A program made the translations under genes and the position numbers. 64,000 nucleotides of DNA from Azolla caroliniana (lineage: Eukaryota; Plantae; Polypodiophyta): contig JBHGNT010000005.1 of assembly GCA_043228905.1 (NCBI GenBank), forward strand, positions 10,168,001 to 10,232,000, read 5' to 3'. Shown piece after piece: positions 39,365 to 53,829 of this stretch. The notes under the pieces were generated by a model, which was given only the letters and a program-made list of their open reading frames with translations, was not told where the DNA came from and did no database searches. Every line of letters begins with the position of its first letter. The stretch's first letter is position 1.

Positions 39365-41080
39365 GTACATGAGAGGCGTGTGTTGAGTAAATGTTGCGTG
39401 TGCTTTCTACTCTCTCTCTCTCCATTCAGTTGCTTTCGGTAAGCAGCGTGACCATCTACGCTCCATCTCTCCCAGGTCCAAGACCCCGATGGTCCCGCCT
39501 CGGATCTAACACGCGCGCACGCGGATTACCGCGACATCTTTGGTGAACCCGACGTGAAAGGGTGGCAAGGGAGGATGGAGTCGGAAGATGAAGACTTCGC
39601 GGAGATGGTGGCCGAAGTGGTGATGGAGTTTGGACGAGCGACGATGAGACGAGAAGCGGCGCAACAAGCTATTGAGCGAGTGGTTGAAAAAGTCGGTCGT
39701 TTCAATGGGGACAAAGTCCCATTCTACTTGGAACCCTACAACACAGAAATGGAGGTGCAAGGCGTAGATGAGGCGTTGAGGCTGGAGTTCTTCTTTCGGG
39801 TCGTCATCGTTCGTATGCACACGGAAGTAAACGAGCTTTGAGAAGCTCATAGTTCGTGGGAGGCCTTCGAAGAGGCGCTCCTGTAGGCATACGGAGGACG
39901 GCCAAAGAGTCGGGGACGGCGCGACTTCGACTAGTGGGTTGCATCAGTGAAGACCCACCGAGGCGCAATGAAGGCGTTCCGGGAGTTCGAGTGGTGCTTT
40001 ACTCGGCTCCCAGAGTGGGAACAAAGATTGGTGGGGGTGGACAAAGTCTTGTTGTTCGTTAGGTCGATCAACCGAGCGGAACGGGAGGCCATTGGAATTG
40101 ACCTCGAAGACGATGATGGAGCGAATGGCCTCACCGAGGACTGGTCAAAAGTCGAACGAGTATGTCGACGGTTGGATGAGGAGCGGTCCGTGAAAGGTAA
40201 AGGGAAGGTAACACGCGACGGCGCATCATCACGTCAAGGAGCGGGCACGCAATAAGAAGGATTGGCGAAGCTCGATGTTGAGGCCCTAGTCTGGGAAGCA
40301 TACGAGGCTCTGAAGGCGATGGTCGACGAAGAAGAGAGATCCGGCACGTGGACGGATTCCGAAGACTCAGAGCTAGTCGGTCTTCTGGACAAGGCGAACA
40401 TGGCCCAAGTAGAGGCTAAAGAATGGTATGATGGTACCATGGGAGAGGGTGTGGAGCAAGACGCCCTCTTGACTTGCGGAGAAAGACTGGCCGAGGAGGA
40501 GGTCGGGAGCGGATAAGAGCCCTCCATGCGGATTCCGGAGACTTCGGCAGTCGAGCCCATGTGCCGACATGAGACCGGAGAGATGGAAGGCGCCAACGAG
40601 GAGTCCTAGCACGATGCCAACGAAGATGGATGGGAAACGGCCTACGAGGAGGTCGAGGACGGAGCTGCGGCAGAGAAGGAGGAAATGAGAGGTGCCGCCG
40701 AAGGGAGCGGAATTGGAAATCGATCCAACCGGGGATCGAACTGGTCAGCATTCCGATTCAGATGGAGCACGATTCGAATGTGGATCGTTTGATCGAAACC
40801 GGCTAGAGACACGGAAGACAGGGGAGGGGCAGTAGAGTCGATCGACAAGGGTCGGGTTCGGTATGAAGGTGACGATACAAAAGAGGGTGCGGAACGAGCC
40901 GCCCTCTTTACATGGGGAGAAAGATCGACCAAGGCGAAGGTCGGAATTCGGGAAGAAGATGATCGAGGGTACGGAACGAGACCGGCGGGATTGGCATCGG
41001 AGCCGAAACTCCGAACATTGGAGAATCAAGCCCAGGCGGGGCTTGATCGATCGTAGAGTGGATGCTTTTCACTGACACCA
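39365..41080 (+). mobile_element. LTR retrotransposon remnant with tRNA-Trp PBS and degenerate gag
   Basis: LTR end ...CCGCGACA at 39536; PBS TGGTGAACCCGACGTGA at 39541; gag VEKVGRFNGDKVPFYLE...GANGLTEDWSKV. Confidence 0.75.
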
Positions 41081-41099
41081 CTAAAAGGGTCGGTGGCCT

Positions 41100-42150
41100 T
41101 GGACGAGTCGTCGGGAGTCGTTAGGAATCGGTATCCCCACATCTCACCCGGAGACTCCGGTAGCCGGCCTGAGAGCCGGTGTGAGACCTAGAGAGATGGA
41201 AGATGGAGGCGGGAGCGCAACAAGGAGGTCGACGACGAGTTCGAGAGAAGAACACAGAAGCGGAGGAACGAAGACCGGTCCTATGGGTCACCTCACACCG
41301 AGCTAGAGACTTTGGCGGTCGGCATCGAATCCGATGTGAGACCAAGATACTAACGGTGGCAGTAGGAAACGGGATCCGGTAATGCAGAGAGAGATCGGAT
41401 GAACCCGGACGAGAACCGAGCGGAGCGGACTTCCGGATGACCGATCCGGAATGGAGGAAGGGGCAAGCCTACGGGGAGGCCGGAACACGGTACATCGGTA
41501 CCACGAAAGAGGGTGTGGAGCGAACCACCCTCTCGTCTTGCGGAGAAGGAAGACCTGGGGAAGGGTCGGGAAAGATTGAGGCCCACAAAGGATCCTCCAC
41601 ATCGGGCTAGAGACTTCAGCGGTCGGCATCAGGAGCTGACGTAAGACCAAGATACTGACGGTGGCGGCGAGGGGATGAGGGCAATGGGGCAGAACAATGA
41701 TCCTACAACGATCCTCACACCGATCTGGAGACTCCGACAGTCAGCCCGACAGTTGGCGTGAGACCTAGAGAGATGGACGGTGGCGGTAGGTGAATGGGAT
41801 CCTAAGGTGCGGTGAAGTGCGGACAAGCCATCCTATGGCGATCCTCACACCGATCCGGAGACTCCGGCGGTCGGCCCAAGAGCTGGCGTGAGACCTAGAG
41901 AGAAGGATGGTGGCGGCAGGTGAACGGGATCTGACAAAGCAAGGACCAAAAGAGCGGAAAGAGGTATAAGGCCGGCGATGCGGCCACGAAACAGAAATGA
42001 ACCCAATTGGCATGGTCAGAAGAACGAAGGAAGGACTTGTATGGTGCATGAGTCGGTGGCCTAATGGATCGGAGGCCTCGATGAGGAGACCCGAGAAGGA
42101 TCCTCCACACCGGATCTAGAGACTTCGGCAGTCGGCAACAGGACTCACAT
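41100..42150. repeat. Degenerate dispersed repeats (GATCCTCACACCGATCCGGAGACT...GAGACCTAGAGAGA)
   Basis: Motif recurs near 41140, 41290, 41590, 41710, 41840 and 42100. Confidence 0.65.
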
Positions 42151-43376
42151 GAATCGAACTCTATTCGATTCGGCTCTCAGCTTCTCCAACCGATTTGGGA
42201 CTAGTTGATCGGTCTCCAATTGATTCGATGTTGAGCTTGTCTCTCAACAATCCCCCCTCAAGCTCAACTTGAGGTCCCACTATGTCAACTTTGGTTGGTT
42301 CGTCACTCCAGCCTCCTCTCCTAGCGTTTCGACGCCTCGCTCGTGCTCCTTGACTCGTTCAGTTCCGCGCACATCGACCCCTACGGTCGGCTTGTTTGCT
42401 ACCCAAGCCCTTCTCGGCTCCCTTGTTGTCGCGGTATTGGCCCCCCTCGACTCGTCGGCTCTTCCGTGTCGGCGTCGGCTTCTTGACTTTGCTGACTTAC
42501 CGCCTCTCTCGTCTCTTTCTCCCCTCGATCTGGTTGGCTCTGGCTTTGGCTCTCTCTTGTGACCACTCCCCCTGCATTTGGCTAGTCTCCGCTTAGTTGA
42601 TCTTCTTCTACTTGTCTGCACGTCCTCAGCTTCTTCAACCGATTTGGACGTTCCGACTTCTTCAGTTGTGCCGAAATCGAATTCTTCATCCATTTCAACT
42701 TTTCGGACTTTGTTTCTCTCCTTTTCAGCTTTACTCCTCCCCCTCAAGTTCGGTATGTCGAGACGTTGTAAGCCAAGCATAGTTGAAAAATGTCGCAACT
42801 TGTCCATGCCAAAAGGTTTGGTGAAGATGTCGGCGAGCTGCTGATTAGTCGGTACATGCAGAAGTTCCACTTCACCGGAGAGGACTTGCTCATAGACAAA
42901 ATGGTAGTGTACCTCAATGTGCTTAGTCTAGGCGTGGAAGATTGGGTTCTTCGCCAATTGGATGTAGCTGAGGTTGTCGCAGTAGATCACGACTGGATCA
43001 GACACCTCCACTCGCAGATCCTTCAATAGTCGTTTGAGCCAAATGGCTTTGCATGTCGGGATAGCCACTCGTCTATATTCAACCTCAATGCTCAACAGTG
43101 CCACTTTCGACTGGATTTTGTTGCTCTAGGCGACCACGATGCTTCCAAATGAAAATGCATAGCCGGATGTAGACCTGTGGTTGTTGGCATTTCTGGCCCA
43201 ATCGACATCTGTGTAGCTGACAAGTTGTCCGACTACACTGGTCTGATATAGCAACACCCAATCCTTAGTGTCGATGACATATTGCATGATCCTATGCACG
43301 CACTAAAGGTGTTTGACAATTGGTTGCGACATAAACTGATTGATCAAGCCGACCGGGTAACTGAGGTCTGGTCGAG
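42150..43376 (-). mobile_element. Copia fragment related to A: RT end, RNase H, PPT and start of 3' LTR
   Basis: TRPDLSYPVGLI, QQLADIFTKP; PPT GAGCTTGAGGGGGG then TGTTGAGAGA from 42249 (minus). Confidence 0.85.
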
Positions 43377-43799
43377 TGTTGGGAAAACAGGTCCCTCCGG
43401 ATGGGAAGAAGAGAACGAACCAAATTGAAGACACACGGGTAACTTGGCCTCGGTCGAAGCGGAAATCGAAATATAATTGATTTGGGAGACTGTATTTGTA
43501 AATAGTCTGAATGTGCCCCATGTGAGTTGTATCTATAAATAGCCAAAAAGTTGTATAAGTACAAATACAACTAGGGCAAACTTTATGATGTTTGTGTTAT
43601 CATTATTAGTGTTTACATAGTTAGTGAAGGTTGTTGCCTCTATAACTGTGTGTCTGAGAGAGAGTGAGAGTTAGGGTGTGTAACTTTATAACCGTTTGTT
43701 TGTCAGACGAAGAAGATCTCGAGGTTGTCGTCTCAGAGTGTCTTATTGTACTACCTACTCCACGTGGGTTTTCCCTTCCGGTGTCGTATGTTTTCAACA
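43377..43799. mobile_element. Solo-type LTR, same family as 1415-2118, with non-matching flanks
   Basis: TGTTGGGAAAACAGGTCCCTCCGGATGGGAAG...TTTCAACA; flanks TCGAG vs CATAG. Confidence 0.8.
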
Positions 43800-43804
43800 C
43801 ATAG

Positions 43805-46790
43805 TGTGAAACCACCCTCAAAAGAGAATAAAATAGTGGTCCAAATAAACTAATTTTCTTAAGTCAACTATAGTAATAAATGAAAGGATAAAAAGTTAGA
43901 AGAGGTTTTCGAAAGTAGACAAAAATAGAGAAAAAGATGGGAAAAGAAAAACTAGCCGTGGATATGAGGAGCAAGGTCGAGTAAAAAGCTCATAATTTCC
44001 TCGTCAAATGTCCAAATTAGAAAAGAAAAGATGCATAAGAAAGCTATCCTAAATAGCTTTCCAAGAATATCTTGAATGTGAAATTTGATGCTAGAAAACA
44101 GAAATAGTGAGGAAAATAAAAGTCGACTCATATAGACAAGCTTCTTTTTAGGGAAAAAAGGCAAGCAATCCTAAACCTATAAATAAGAGCCTATTCTAGT
44201 GAAGAAGGGGGGGAGGCAGAAAGAACGCGGAAACTCTACTCAATTAGAAAGAGGAAGAAGAAGGATCAACAACATCGAGAGGCATCATCAACGAAGAAAC
44301 TCCTTCTATACTCCACTCTCTTCTTTCCTCCACCTCTCTTCCCCCATTCCTTTATAAACAATCCTTCATATTCACATCTAACCCATTGTAACATGATTCT
44401 TATATTATAAAAGAATCTATTATATTGATATAAACTAATGTTTTCTTTCATCTACGTGTCTTATGTGTAAATCTTGATTGTGCTTATTTGTTTGTGTGTC
44501 TTGTGACAAGGGAGCGTTTCGGGCTTGCCCATGCACCTCTCCTTTCACAAAGGCATTCAAACCTACGTGTCTTATATGTTATCGTCGTTTGTGGTTATTT
44601 GTTTGTGTGTCTTGTGACAAGGGAGCGTTTTAGGCTTGCCCATGCACCTCTCCTTTCACAAAGGCATTCAAACTTACGTGTCTTGCGTGTTAGTGTAAAT
44701 CTTGCTTGTGTGTTCGTGCGACTTGTGGCAAGGGAGCGTTCGGGCTTGCCCATGCACCTCTCCTTTCACAAAGGTGTTCGAAATTGTGTCTTGCGTGTTA
44801 GTGTTAATCTTGCTTGTGTGTTTGCGTGTCTAGTAACAAGGGAGCGTTCGGGCTTGCCCATGCACCTCTCTTTTCACAAAGGCATTTGAAACTCTGTCTC
44901 TTGTGTGTGTAAGTAAGCCCTTTCCTTGTGTGTTCGCGTGTCTTGTAACAAGGGAGCATTCGGGCTTTGCCCATGCACCTCTCTTTTCACAAAGGCATTC
45001 GAAACTCTGTCTCTCGTGTGTGTAAGTAAGCCTTTTCCTTGTGTGTTCGCGTGTCTTGTAACAAGTGAGCGTTCAGGCTTTTGCCCATGCACCTCTCTTT
45101 TCACAAAGGCATTCAAAACTTTGTCTCTCGTGTGTGTAAGTAAGCCTTTTCCTTGTGTGTTCGCATGTCTTGTAACAAGGGAGCATTCGGACTTGCCCAT
45201 GCACCTCTCTTTTCACAAAGGCATTCGAAACTCTGTCTCTCGTGTGTAAGTAAGCCTTTTCCTTGTGTGTTCGCGTGTCTTGTAACAAGGGAGAGTTCGG
45301 GCTTGCCCATGCACCTCTTCTTTTCACAAACACGTTCGAATACTCGTGCCTTGTTTGTGTAAGCCTTCCTTGTGTTGTGCGTGTGAACCCTATTTCCTTC
45401 CCATCCATAACCCCGACAGTTCCGCCTCACGATCCGCACATAGTGACGGATATTCACGACATAATTAAGTGGTGAACCCGATGTGAAGAGGAGGTAGGAA
45501 GGATCAAGTGCTTGAAATAGAAGATTAGAAGATGGCTTCTTCGTCAAACACCCAAGCTGATGAAGTGGCAAAGTTAGTGGCTATCGTCGCGCATATGATG
45601 AGGGCTTGAGATAATGATGCAAGCTTAGATAAGTCCATCGACCAAACCGTTGAGATAATGGGCCAATTTGGTGGAAGAAACATTATGGATTTTCTTGCCA
45701 CATACAAGACGGAGATGCAACAACGTGATGTCTTCGAAGAGAAGCAAATATCAAACTTCAAGCGTGTCATAGCTATTGGGTTACAAGGCCGTATAAGGGA
45801 GATTCAAGCCACCCAAACAACATGGGTGGGATTTGAAATGGCGCTTTTGGCTGAATATATGCTTGAAGATGCATCGAGGATGACTTGTCATACGTTGATG
45901 AAGTGGATCGAGAAGAAGGGGAAGAACATGAACACATTGGGAGTGTACACCAAATTTGACCAAATGTACAACTGTCTCTCGAGAACCGACCAAACACTTC
46001 TCGAGGAGATAAAGTTTTGTACTTCTTAAAGGCGGTGGATGCAAAAGATAGACGAGAATTAGGTAGTCTATTAGAGGACGAAGCAGAACCCAATGGTCTC
46101 ATAACGGATTGGGTTGCGGTAAGAAGAGCATGTGATCGATTTGACAAACGTTGTCGATGGCTAGATGATTCCGACATGGCGGGCCTGGTAGTCCAAAGAA
46201 GGAAGGCTCCAATAGCAACTTAGATGACAAAGCAAAGCGAGCCGACCGAAACATCGATGGAGAACTCTGTCATTGAAGAGTTGGCACAAAAATTCGAAGC
46301 GGTTTTGTTAGCTAATATGAGTCGTAGAGGGCCGAAGGGGAAAGACCCATATAGATGTGTATTATGTGATAGTGTTGATCATGCAAGGAAAGATTGTGCT
46401 AGCCTTCAAGAGGCAATTCGACAAAACCTCGTCTACATGGAAGGCAACATTATACACTCAAGTGAGACTCGAAAGCCCTTGCAAGTGAATTTCGGTAGGG
46501 AGGGTCTAAAGAAAATCAAGGATGAGGCTGATGCGAGTCACGTCCAAGCTATACATTGTGCCGCATCTGCCGGTATAAGAATCGGGAAGGAGAATCTTGG
46601 AATGATTAAACTGGGAACGGGGTTTTGGCCGACCGTCCTCGAATACGAAAAAAAAGGGAAGATTAATTCAGATGATGCAAAGTTAGCCAACCTTCATGTA
46701 CAAGACCTTACCGGGTGGGTGGCTCCGGTTGATAACAACACGATCTCCGTAGAGGTCATATGCGAAACCCATGAAGTGTTTGTGGATGGT
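43805..46790 (+). mobile_element. Second tRNA-Trp-PBS LTR element: long LTR (to 45461) plus degenerate gag with zinc knuckle
   Basis: LTR end TTCACGACA; PBS TGGTGAACCCGATGTGA at 45470; gag GQFGGRNIMDFL...EPNGLITDW...CVLCDSVDHARKDC; left boundary uncertain. Confidence 0.75.
44455..45340. repeat. ~110-120-bp tandem repeat (~8 copies) within the LTR
   Basis: GTGTCTTGTAACAAGGGAGCGTTCGGGCTTGCCCATGCACCTCTCTTTTCACAAAGGCATTC units. Confidence 0.92.
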
Positions 46791-46799
46791 AATGTACGA

Positions 46800-47318
46800 C
46801 TAGATGTCGACTAGTGCTAAAAGACGTAGGACATGTTCCAGAGGTCAGATTGAATATGATATTAGCTAGTCAGCTAGATGATGAAGGCTACACAGGTGGC
46901 GTCCGAAACGACATCATGAAGTTTTGCAAGGGGAACCTGATTGTGGCTCGAGCTCGAAAAACCAACACAATGTATATAATGAATGCTCGATTATGCTGAG
47001 GTGAAGCAAACATGGCAGCCGACACAACTGGTGAGTTGTGGCACAAGAGGCTATACCATATGAGCCAGAAGGGATGCGAAAGCTTGCCAAGGATAAACTC
47101 ATTCCGGAGGTGAAGAACGTGCAACTTGAGAAGTGCACAGATTGCTTGGCTGGCAAGCAGAATCAAACCTCCTTTTGATCAAGGGCCCTGATGGGGAAGA
47201 AAATGTCGTTGGAACTCGTGCATATAGATGTAAGCTATATGGATATAAAGTCGCATGTTGGTTCACAGTATTTCGTGACCTTCATAGACAACTGTGGCCA
47301 GAAGTTATGGGCCTCCCT
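46800..47318 (+). pseudogene. Copia protease-end / integrase N-terminal fragment
   Basis: VLKDVGHVPEVRLN...LDDEGY, ELWHKRL, YFVTFID. Confidence 0.75.
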
Positions 47319-47964
47319 TGTCGTGAGGATTTTTGGCCATGGTGGGAAAACCAAGTGGAATGGATAAAATGGGGATGTGCAACATTGCACATGCACTTGG
47401 AAGATTTGTAAAAGAAACAAATGTAAAAAAGGAAGGGTAAATGTAAGGTGTTAAAAGTGCACTACGAAAATTCATAAAGTGTAAATGTGATGTGCACTTA
47501 TGTGCACATGCACATGTAGACTAAAGGGAGAGTACATGAAGTACGAGTGTAGTGAGTAGTGGGCATAATGTGTGTGTGAGGAGAGGGAGTTAAGGCTGCA
47601 TCAATTTCTCCTCCTAAGATCAAGGCCAAATATTCCCCCATTGAAAGGAGGGGGGGTTGACCTCTTCTTTATGTAATGTGCCTCACCCCTCACCCCTATA
47701 AAAGGGAGTGCGGGGCCATTTTTGAGGGGCTTCCACTTTTTTGGGTTTCTTTGGGTTGCCATTAGGGTTTCAGAATTTTGGGTTTTAGGATCTCGTTTTA
47801 GGGGTTTCATTCGTCTTCTGTTAGAGATATGCCCTAATGTAAGCATATGATAAGGATAAAAGAATGATAGATAGATAGATAGAAAGGAGAGAGAGAAACA
47901 AGGGTGCTGATCCACCCGACCACCCCCGAGCAAAGGGATCGAGACAGACTCGAGCCTCGATTAG
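47319..47964. mobile_element. Truncated LTR-like sequence interrupting the Copia fragment
   Basis: Begins TGTCGTGAG exactly where the integrase frame breaks; contains CCTATAAAAG and telo-boxes; other end not found. Confidence 0.5.
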
Positions 47965-48086
47965 CGTCCCATACCACCGCCGTGGCGTCGAGTCGTACCT
48001 GGTGCTAGTGCGCTTGCTACAAGAGTTGAACCACCATGAAACAGAGTCTCGACGTAGTCAAAAGATGATGAAATGAGGGTAGCTAG

Positions 48087-48172
48087 TGTTGGGGACAAGG
48101 CCGTTAATGCGGAAGTGCAAGCAACATTCGTGATGAAGAAGATCATGTGTATGCACGAGCAAGATAGACACA

Positions 48173-48220
<48 letters not shown>

Positions 48221-51200
48221 ACGTATCAATTATATTTCAATATCAACAATTACAAAAATAACAACCAAAACCTTACTAAAGGTTACAAAGTCACTTTATA
48301 TAGTGACTATCCTAGGGCAACTGCCCTTTATGCTATTTACAGAAATGACCCAAACTTGGGCTGTCCAAAGGGACAATGTGAATACGGCCATTATACACTC
48401 GTATTCGACACTCCCCCGTAATGGGCATATACATGGGTTATCTAAAGAATTCCAGGTATATATATACAAGGTTTATCAGACAGATCGGTTTTGTCAGAGT
48501 CGGCAAGATCTGAAGACAGAGGACCGAACCGGTCGGGTCGGACGAGCTGAAGCCGATCCTCAGAGAACCGATGTCGGTGGTCTGAAACCATCCTATGCTG
48601 TGTGTCCGACTTTAATCGAACCGATTTTTCGTTACGCCCATTTGGTGCCGAAGGGACCGGAAACGATCCGCCGAAAGACATTTGGTCATTCCATCTACGA
48701 CATTATCAGTTGTGGATATCTTCTTGAGACCGATTTTTCCTGAAATGACGTAGTCCCAAACGAAGTGATATCGAACGTCGATATGCTTAGAGGCGTTGTG
48801 GTGAACTGGATTTTTTGACAAGGCAACAACACCCTGACTATCGTTGTAGACAATTAGAGCCGAGTGAGAGTCGACCTGTCGAAACGTGTGCGCCAGCCGA
48901 CCGAGCCATAAAGCTTCTTTTGCTGCGTCAGACGCAACTACATATTCCTCTTCGGTCGTTGAGGTGGTTGTGCAGTCTTGAAGTTTTGACTTCCACGAGA
49001 TTGCTCCATTGCCGAATTTGAAACAGTATCCAGTTGTTGATTTTCGAATGTCCACACAGCCGGCGAAGTTCGAGTCGGTGTAACCGACTACGCTTGAGGT
49101 TGAGTTCGGGCTGAAAATAATGTCGTGGTCTTTTGTGCTAGCTAGATATTTGAACACATGCTTGACTGCGTTCTAGTACGATCGGCCGGGGTTGTGCATG
49201 AATCTGCTGACGACTCCTACGACATGAGAAATATCAGGCCGTGTCGCGACCATCGCGTACATAAGGGAGCCGACTGCCGGTGCATACGGTACCGACTTTA
49301 TATCTTCCCCCTCCGGACCGGATGTCGGGCAGTCTCGCTGAGATAGCTGAAGGTTGATGGGGAGCGGGGTTGAAGCAAACTTGGCCGAGTGCATGTTGAA
49401 GCATTCCAGGACATGTCTGATGTAGTCGGTTTGAGACAAGAAAAGTTGTCGTGTATCGTGATGCTGACTAATCTTCATACTGAGTATGTGTCTTGCCGGA
49501 CCGAGGTCCTTCATGGCAAACTTCAACCGCAGTTTCCGAACGAGTTCGGTGAGCTCTCCGGCATGCCGACCGGAGAGTAGCATGTCATCCACGTAGATGA
49601 TGACTAAGACGGGAGACCCGTCTTGAGCTGTTTTGGTGAAGAGACAATGGTCCTCATCGCTCTTTGAGAAGCCTACCGATTGGATGAAGTCATCGAACTT
49701 CTTTTACCACTGTCGGGGTGCCTGTTTCAGGCCGTAGAGACTCTTCTTGAGTCGGCAAACTAGATGTTCTTGGCCGGATGCCACAAAGCCTTTCGGCTGC
49801 TCCATATAGATTTCCTCCTGTAGGTCACCGTGGAGGAATGCCGTTTTGACATCTAGCTGAATTAGCTCCAAGTTGTCGGCGGCGCCAAGCATGAAATGAA
49901 GGGTTGACATTTTCACCACTGGTGAAAATATTCTTGTCGAAATCCCTTCGCAACTAATCTGGCCTTGTACTTTGGGTTGGTCATGTCAGACATCTCTTTT
50001 AGTCGATAGACCCACTTACACGGAAGAGCACATCGATTCTTCAGTAATTCAACCAAGTCCCAAGTCTTGTTTGCCCGAATGGAGTGCATTTCCGACTCCA
50101 TCGCCAGATGCCATGTAGCTGAATCGGCAGATGCCGATGCTTCTTCGTAAGACGTCGGTTCACCGGCGTTGGTAAAGAAAATTCCGGGAGAGTACCTCTC
50201 CGGAGGTTGCGACAGTCTCTCGGATCTGCGAGGTATGATTGGAGTAGTTGCACCGGGTGTCGATGTCAGATGGTCGGGAGTCGAGCCATTCGGCTGTGCC
50301 GAATCGGTGGATTCGGTGCAAGAGTTGTTGGTTACCCGTGAAACCGATCTCGTGTTGTGGGCTGGGCCGGCATGAAGGGTTGGCACTTCGGAAAATATTA
50401 CCCTTCGGACTTCAATAGGACTTTCGGCCGTTTTATGCATAGCCGACTCGTTGAACACGACGTCCGAACATCGGACGATTTGTCTGTGCTCGGGGTCCTA
50501 GAGTTGGTATCCGATCTCGCCGTCGGGTCCATATCCAAGAAAAACATATTTCCGTGACCTTAGTTTGAGTTTTCGGCGGTCGTCTTTTGGTATGAGAGCA
50601 TACGCCTTGCAACCGAAGATCCTCAGTTTGTCATAATTCGGCTTACTGTTGGTGCATATTTCCTGAGGTATTTGAAGTCCTAGAGGTTTACTTGGCGACA
50701 TATTTATTATGTGTACTGCCGTAAGTAGAGCCTCCGCCCAGAAGCCATCCGACAGTCCAGAGTGTTGGAGCATGGATACTACGTGTTCTTGAATCGTCTG
50801 ATTCATGCATTCAGCAATTCCGTTCTGCTCCAGACTATATGGTGCCGTATATTCACGTCGAATGCCGTGTTCCCGGTAGAAGTTGACAATTCTTCTGACT
50901 TGAATTCTCCTCCATTGTCGGTTCGGAGACATTTCAGTTTCCGACCGGTCTGATTTTCGACCATTGCAAGCCATTCGGAGAAGATCGAGAACACCCAATC
51001 TTTGGTTCTGATGGGATAAGCCCACACCTTTCGAGTCGAGTCGTCAATGAAACTGACGAAGTACGAAGCACCACCGAGAGACTGATGTGGCATCGGGCCA
51101 CAGACGTCCGAGTGGACTAAATCGAGGGGGCTCGATTCTCTTAGTGTTGATGTCGGGTGTGATGTGGCTACCTGTTTGCCGTATTGGCAATGCTCGCAGA

Positions 51201-53595
51201 ATTGGTGATCCAAGAAGGAGAGCTTGGGGATGTAACCGGCTCTAGATAGGTGCGTTATGCCGGCCTTGTTGAGGTGTCCAAGTCGTCCGTGCCATAACGA
51301 TGACATGGGGATATCAACCAAAAATAAGTCACCCTCTTTGAGTGTGACATATAAAGGATACAAGGAATGTACCTTTGGTCCTCGAGCAAGCAGGAGGTTC
51401 CCTTTGTGGAGTGTCCACTCTCCTGATGAAAATCCGGCACGAATGCCGGCTTCGTCAAGTTGTCCAACTGAGATCAAGGGTCTTGAAAGCTCAGGAACTT
51501 GTTAGACATTGTGTAGTACGAGTGTAGAGCCTCCCGGAAGATTGAGCTCTATGGTGCCGATTCCGATTATAGCACAATGTTGCGAGTTTCTGACTTGAAC
51601 TGAGTCGGAGTGCCGGTCTGAGTATTGCCGAAACTGAGATCGGTGAGGTGTCACATGATACGATGCGCTCGAGTCTAGGAGCCATGTGCTCGATTCCTCA
51701 GTCGTAAGCAGAACTTCTGATTCGACTGGGTTCTCTATGGACAGTATGTTCGGGTTGGTCGTCAAAATTTCGGCTGAAGAGCCGACGTAGTTGACCTCCT
51801 CATGTCGGCTACTCTTCTAATCCGCTCTCTGAGCTTTGTCGGTTTTTTCTTTGAGTGCCCTACAGTCAGCTTTGATGTGTCCCGGTTTCTTGCAATAGTT
51901 GCAGATTCGGTTGTCCAAGGACTTGCTCCGGCTTCGCTGATTGTTTGGCGGTTGGGAAGAACTTCTTCCCCGGTTGTTTGATCGGTTGGTTGAACCTTAT
52001 ACTACGTAAGCTTCATCTACCGAGTCTTTGGCGAAAGACTTTCTCCAAGTTGCTTCAGTCAGGATTACGCTCGTGACTTCGGAGTACTTAACGACAACTG
52101 TTGAAGCATTGCACACGGTTGTAACGAAAGTTTCCCATGAAGAGGGGAGACTACTCATGAGTATCATTGCTCTGAGTTCATCCTCAATTGTCGTCCCTTG
52201 AGACGAGATTTGGGAGCTTATGCTTTCGTACTCGTTCAGGTGTGCCTGAACCGAATCAGATTCTTTCATCTGCAAGTTGTAGAGGCGCCGGATAAGGTAC
52301 ATCTTCGTTGTGGAAACCTTCTTTTCATAAGTTTCCGATAGTGTTTTCCAAAGTTCAAACGCTGTCGTGCATGATTGCACTGTGAAGTACACTGACTCCG
52401 ACAAGTGCATCCGAATCGTGGTGCGGACGATTCTATCCAGCTTTAGCCACTCGTTTGCCTTGTATGCTTCTGGAGGATTTTCATTCTCAATCGGGTCTAT
52501 CTGTCCCTTGACTATGAGATAGTCCTACATTTGTTCCTTCCAAAAGTTAAAGTTCAAACCGTCGAACCTCCTTAGACTCATCTTCGATGAGCTAAATGTT
52601 GATGCCATCTGCTTCGGTTTCGGTTGGTAAGACTCAGTTCGGAGTTGACTACAAACCTTAGTGGGGTGTAGCCGGTCGGCTCACCCGATATCAATCTCGT
52701 CGGTTTTGAACCCGAGTCGGTTTGGTTTCGGATACTTGTTGCTGAACTTGCTCGGAGTGACTTCAGTAACTTGAGGGACAGAACCAGTTGGTCTTCCCGA
52801 ATGTTGCCGAGTCGGAGTGAGCCCGGTTAGCTTCCGATTGTATGCCGAATACCGATTACACGAAACCGATTGTTTGGGCTGATTTTGCTTCAGATGACTA
52901 CAACGATGAGAGGGACGGATCCAATTGATCCTCCCAAATGTCGATCAACCGAGTGAGGCATGAAGTGGTTGTTGCCGGGAGACCAATCTACAGCGGGTGG
53001 TTACAACAAGCGGGTGAATAGCGTCCGATGACCTATTCAGATGTTGTTTAACTGAATGAAGCATGATTGGGTCGGTTGTTGCTCAAGGAGCTCCCCTCAA
53101 GCGGTTACAATCACAGGAACAGAGTACAACCGACTGGCTTACTCCAATTTGTTATTTAACACAGTGAGATGCGAGCTCTTTGTCTTTTTCTTCTCCCTTC
53201 TCTGTTCTTCAAAGAAAACGAAAACAGAATGCTATGTTGTGCGATGATGGCCGACAACGGGTTGAAGAACCTCCAACGCTCTAATACCAAATGTTGGGGA
53301 CAAGGCCATCAATGCGGAAGTGCAAGCAACATTCGTGATGAAGAAGATCCTGTGTATGCACGAGCAAGATAGACACAGAGGGAGAGAGAGACACACACAC
53401 ACACTTCGTATCAATTATATTTCAATATCAACAGTTACAAAAATAACAACCAAAACCTTACTAAAGGTTACAAAGTCACTTTATATAGTGACTATCCTAG
53501 GGCAACTGCCCTTTATCCTATTTACAGAAATGACCCAAACTTGGGCTGTCCAAAGGGACAATGTGAATACGGCCATTATACACTCGTATTCGACA
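48087..53595 (-). mobile_element. Full-length Ty1/Copia D inserted in the LTR of E
   Basis: LTRs 48087-48410 and 53292-53595, TSD GCTAG, PBS TGGTATTAGAGC, PPT ACGGGGGAG. Confidence 0.96.
48612..52608 (-). pseudogene. Copia D gag-pol polyprotein with stops and frameshifts
   Basis: RFDGLNFNFWK, WLLDSSASYH, LVHSDVCGP, KARLVAKGF, LDVKTAFLHG, YVDDML, SKHIDVRYHF. Confidence 0.95.
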
Positions 53596-53829
53596 GCTAG
53601 GCCTCTTATTTATAGCGATACCCAAGGCCCCCAGGCAAGTTCACACTTGGCCTAATGGGTTGTCTCAATCCTGAGGATTAAAAGTAATCCTCCCCTTCTT
53701 TACACTCTCGTTTAACCCTCACACTTATCCACGCGTATAGAATACTACGATAAATTCTCACCACGGGATATTATATGGTCATGCTAGTAACATACTCCCC
53801 CTCTTTAAAACATTGCACTCTTGCAATGG

